A DNA stretch of 26,688 bases, from positions 1 to 26,688 of IMG/VR virus record IMGVR_UViG_3300042453_004355, one strand, 5' to 3'. The position numbers and the translations under genes were made by a program. The notes below the pieces were generated by a model. That model worked only from the letters and a program-made list of their open reading frames with translations. It had not been told where the DNA came from and searched no databases. The stretch is from a virus. Lineage: Duplodnaviria; Caudoviricetes. Shown piece after piece: positions 24,683 to 26,688 of this stretch (its first letter is position 1; the number at the start of each line of letters is the position of its first letter).

Positions 24683-24817
24683 ATGAGCCAGCACGACATC
24701 GAGGCACTGATCAACCGCGCCATCCGCGAGCATGAGCTCCGCGTCGCCTTGTGGTCCGGCCTGCTCGGCGCGGTGCTGATGGCCGGCACCTGGCACGCCA
24801 TCTGGCTGTGCCGGTGA
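24683..24817 (+). CDS. 44-aa single-TM protein of a small cyanophage-type family
   Basis: MSQHDIEALINRAIREHELRVALWSGLLGAVLMAGTWHAIWLCR. TACCCT lies 6 nt upstream, suggesting a leaderless promoter. Family resemblance is from recall. Confidence 0.68.
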   Translation: MSQHDIEALINRAIREHELRVALWSGLLGAVLMAGTWHAIWLCR

Positions 24818-25963
24818 TCACACCCCCAGGTCGTCGCTCACCCGCTCCACCGCCGCCCGCGCCGCGTCATCGACCAGGTGGGCGTATCGGCTGGTGGTCT
24901 GCGTCGAGCGGTGGCCCAGCAGTTGGCCCACCGTCCCCAGGGTCTGCCCGCCGCTGAGCGAGTAGCTGGCGAACGTGTGCCTGAGGTCGTGCACCCGCAG
25001 GTCGCTCACCCCCGCCTCCTCGAGCAGCGCCAGCCACATCCGCCGGTAGCCCACCAGCGGCCGCTCGCCGGTCTCGCCGGGGATCACCCACCGGCTGCCG
25101 CCAACCGCCGCCTCCAGGCCCCGCAGGATCGCCACTGCCCGATCGCTCAGCCGCACCTCGCTGGCCCCGGTCTTTCCGCGCTCTGCCGGCACCCGCAACA
25201 CGCCGCGGCCCCAGTCGATCTCTGACCACTCGGCCTCCATCACCTCCCGCAGCCTGGCCCCGGTGAGCAGCAGCAGCCGCACCAGCTGGATGAACCGCCA
25301 CCGGATCGCCATGGGCCCGGCCGCCTCCCATTGCTGCATCGCAGCACGCAGTCGGGCCAGCTCGTCCGGGCTGGCGTATCGGCGGCGCTGCCTTTCCGGG
25401 TGGGCCTTCACCCCCCTGACCGGGTTGGTGCCCACCGGCCGCCAGCCCCACTCCTCCGCCAGCCCCATCGCCACCCCGAGCACCTCCAGGGCCCGGTTCG
25501 CCGTCGCCGGCCGCGGGTGGCAGGCGTGCCACTCACGCACCTGCTCGCGCGTGAGGGCGGCCACTCGCACGCGCGAAAACGCCGGCAGCAGGTGCCGTCG
25601 CCAGAGGATCTCATCGTTGCGGCCGGATCGCTTCCGGCTGGCGTGGGCCTGCAGGTGCCTGGCGGCGAGGGCCTCGATCGTCGGGGCCACCCTGGCGGCC
25701 CGGCGCTCCGCCCCGGGGTCCCCTCCTGCGCGCACGCGCGCGAGGGCCTCCCGGGCCAGCTCTCGCGCTTGGTCGGGGGTGAGCTCCACCGGCGTGCCCA
25801 GCTTCAGCTCTCGCTGGGCCCCGTCCACCCGATGGCGCAGGTAGTAGGTGCGGGCCCCGGAGGGCAGCACCAACAGGCAGAGGCCGGGCACCAGGGAGTC
25901 GTTGAGGCGATACCGACGGGGGCGGGGAAGGGCGCGATCAACGGCGGTGCGGGTGAGCTTCAC
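24818..25963 (-). CDS. int: Tyrosine integrase with an N-terminal arm-DNA-binding domain
   Basis: Arm domain DSLVPGLCLLV.PSG.RTY. Catalytic residues LTGARLREV, GKTG, HDLRHTFAS, LLGH and TSRYAH are all intact. GTG start. Confidence 0.95.
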   Translation of the reverse strand: MKLTRTAVDRALPRPRRYRLNDSLVPGLCLLVLPSGARTYYLRHRVDGAQRELKLGTPVELTPDQARELAREALARVRAGGDPGAERRAARVAPTIEALAARHLQAHASRKRSGRNDEILWRRHLLPAFSRVRVAALTREQVREWHACHPRPATANRALEVLGVAMGLAEEWGWRPVGTNPVRGVKAHPERQRRRYASPDELARLRAAMQQWEAAGPMAIRWRFIQLVRLLLLTGARLREVMEAEWSEIDWGRGVLRVPAERGKTGASEVRLSDRAVAILRGLEAAVGGSRWVIPGETGERPLVGYRRMWLALLEEAGVSDLRVHDLRHTFASYSLSGGQTLGTVGQLLGHRSTQTTSRYAHLVDDAARAAVERVSDDLGV

Positions 25964-26138
25964 GGGCCTGCTCCTCTTCCCGCTGTGCCTGCCGCGGCTG
26001 CTTCAGCAGTTCATAGATCAGATCGGTCTCGACCTGTCTCACTCGCTCGGCGAAATGGCGGCCTGCTCGTTGGCAGGCGGCATTGAACGCTTCCAGCTCG
26101 TCTGGCGATGGGGCGATGATCCGAATGGGGTCAGCCAT
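25938..26138 (-). CDS. Hypothetical early protein (66 aa) overlapping the integrase start
   Basis: MADPIRIIAPSPDELEAFNAAC...; overlaps both neighbouring genes. Confidence 0.55.
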   Translation of the reverse strand: MADPIRIIAPSPDELEAFNAACQRAGRHFAERVRQVETDLIYELLKQPRQAQREEEQAREAHPHRR

Positions 26139-26418
26139 CGGCCTGCTCCTGCTGGGCCGACAGAGCATCAACCAGGGCCAGGAACTTCGCGCAGATGCGG
26201 CGACGCTCCGACTGGCGATAGGCGGCCAGAAATGAGGCTTCGACCGGCAGGTCCGCTTCATCCGGCAGGATCATGGCGACGGCCGCTCGGATGGCAGCCA
26301 TATGGCCGCTCGACTGCGTGGCCTGCAGCGCAGCGGCATAGGTGGCGCAAAGCTCAGAAGGGCTGGGATCGTCAGTCCATTGGCCGTTGTGGAGAGTTTC
26401 GATGCGGTAGTAGGCCAT
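26131..26418 (-). CDS. Hypothetical early protein
   Basis: 95-aa ORF preceded by a C-rich leader and hairpin, and coupled to the next gene. Confidence 0.6.
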   Translation of the reverse strand: MAYYRIETLHNGQWTDDPSPSELCATYAAALQATQSSGHMAAIRAAVAMILPDEADLPVEASFLAAYRQSERRRICAKFLALVDALSAQQEQADG

Positions 26419-26448
26419 GGCGGGTGAGCGGTGTGGTGGTGGGAAGGT

Positions 26449-26469
26449 GCCGGGATCAGGGCTCCCGAC
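26449..26469 (-). other. Intergenic stem-loop upstream of the 26418 gene
   Basis: Minus strand GTCGGGA-gccctga-TCCCGGC (7-bp stem with one G-U pair). Confidence 0.5.
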
Positions 26470-26491
26470 AGGCCGTGGGGGGGGGGAAGAA

Positions 26492-26688
26492 TCAAGCGCG
26501 AAACATGTTTGCCCCTGAAGGCGTGAGTCCCATTTTGTTTTTTTCGTGACTGAAAGTAATCATGGTTGAATACTGCCCATCTGGGGATTGATATTCGTAT
26601 CCGCGACAATTGCCGCCGGAAACATCTTTGTCTTGGCGGTTGACCTTGCGCCAACCATCGGCCAATGCTTCGGCCATGGTGGCGTAAC
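26492..26688 (-). CDS. Hypothetical low-GC protein, possibly 5'-truncated
   Basis: The frame is open to the window end, with an ATG at 26677. Clearly more AT-rich than the rest of the window. Confidence 0.5.
   Translation of the reverse strand, partial: YATMAEALADGWRKVNRQDKDVSGGNCRGYEYQSPDGQYSTMITFSHEKNKMGLTPSGANMFRA

Larger units (their letters stand above)
1..26688. mobile_element. Temperate myovirus/prophage segment (late structural and lysis region plus integrase)
   Basis: Contiguous head-baseplate-tail-lysis genes and an integrase; no host housekeeping genes are seen. Confidence 0.95.

Noticed and set aside
24150-24690. tRNA, attP core or NtcA site in the intergenic parts of the cassette
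   Set aside because: No cloverleaf/T-loop or GTA-N8-TAC palindrome was seen; an att core cannot be identified without the host sequence.

Overview
This is a GC-rich (about 65-70% by eye) segment of a temperate, contractile-tailed phage or prophage with a P2/Mu-like tail, probably infecting a freshwater picocyanobacterium (Cyanobium/Synechococcus type). The host call is inferred from abundant CGATCG, a cyanobacterial PEP-CTERM-like tail and cyanophage-type small proteins. Bases 1-23961 are one tightly coupled + strand late region: capsid (5'-truncated), decoration, head-tail joining, a head-spike module, baseplate (gpV, PAAR, gpW, gpJ, gpI+LamG, split DUF4815), tail fibres, sheath, tube, frameshifted chaperone, tape measure, gpU, gpX, a gpD hub with two inserted cell-wall hydrolases, and a double lysis region containing a 2OG-Fe(II) oxygenase. 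Next comes an ~860-bp accessory cassette bounded by TGATCA. It has a duplicated bipartite promoter motif and a small lipoprotein with a PEP-CTERM-like anchor. A tyrosine integrase and small early genes follow on the - strand. All product calls come from recognising motifs by eye; no searches were run.
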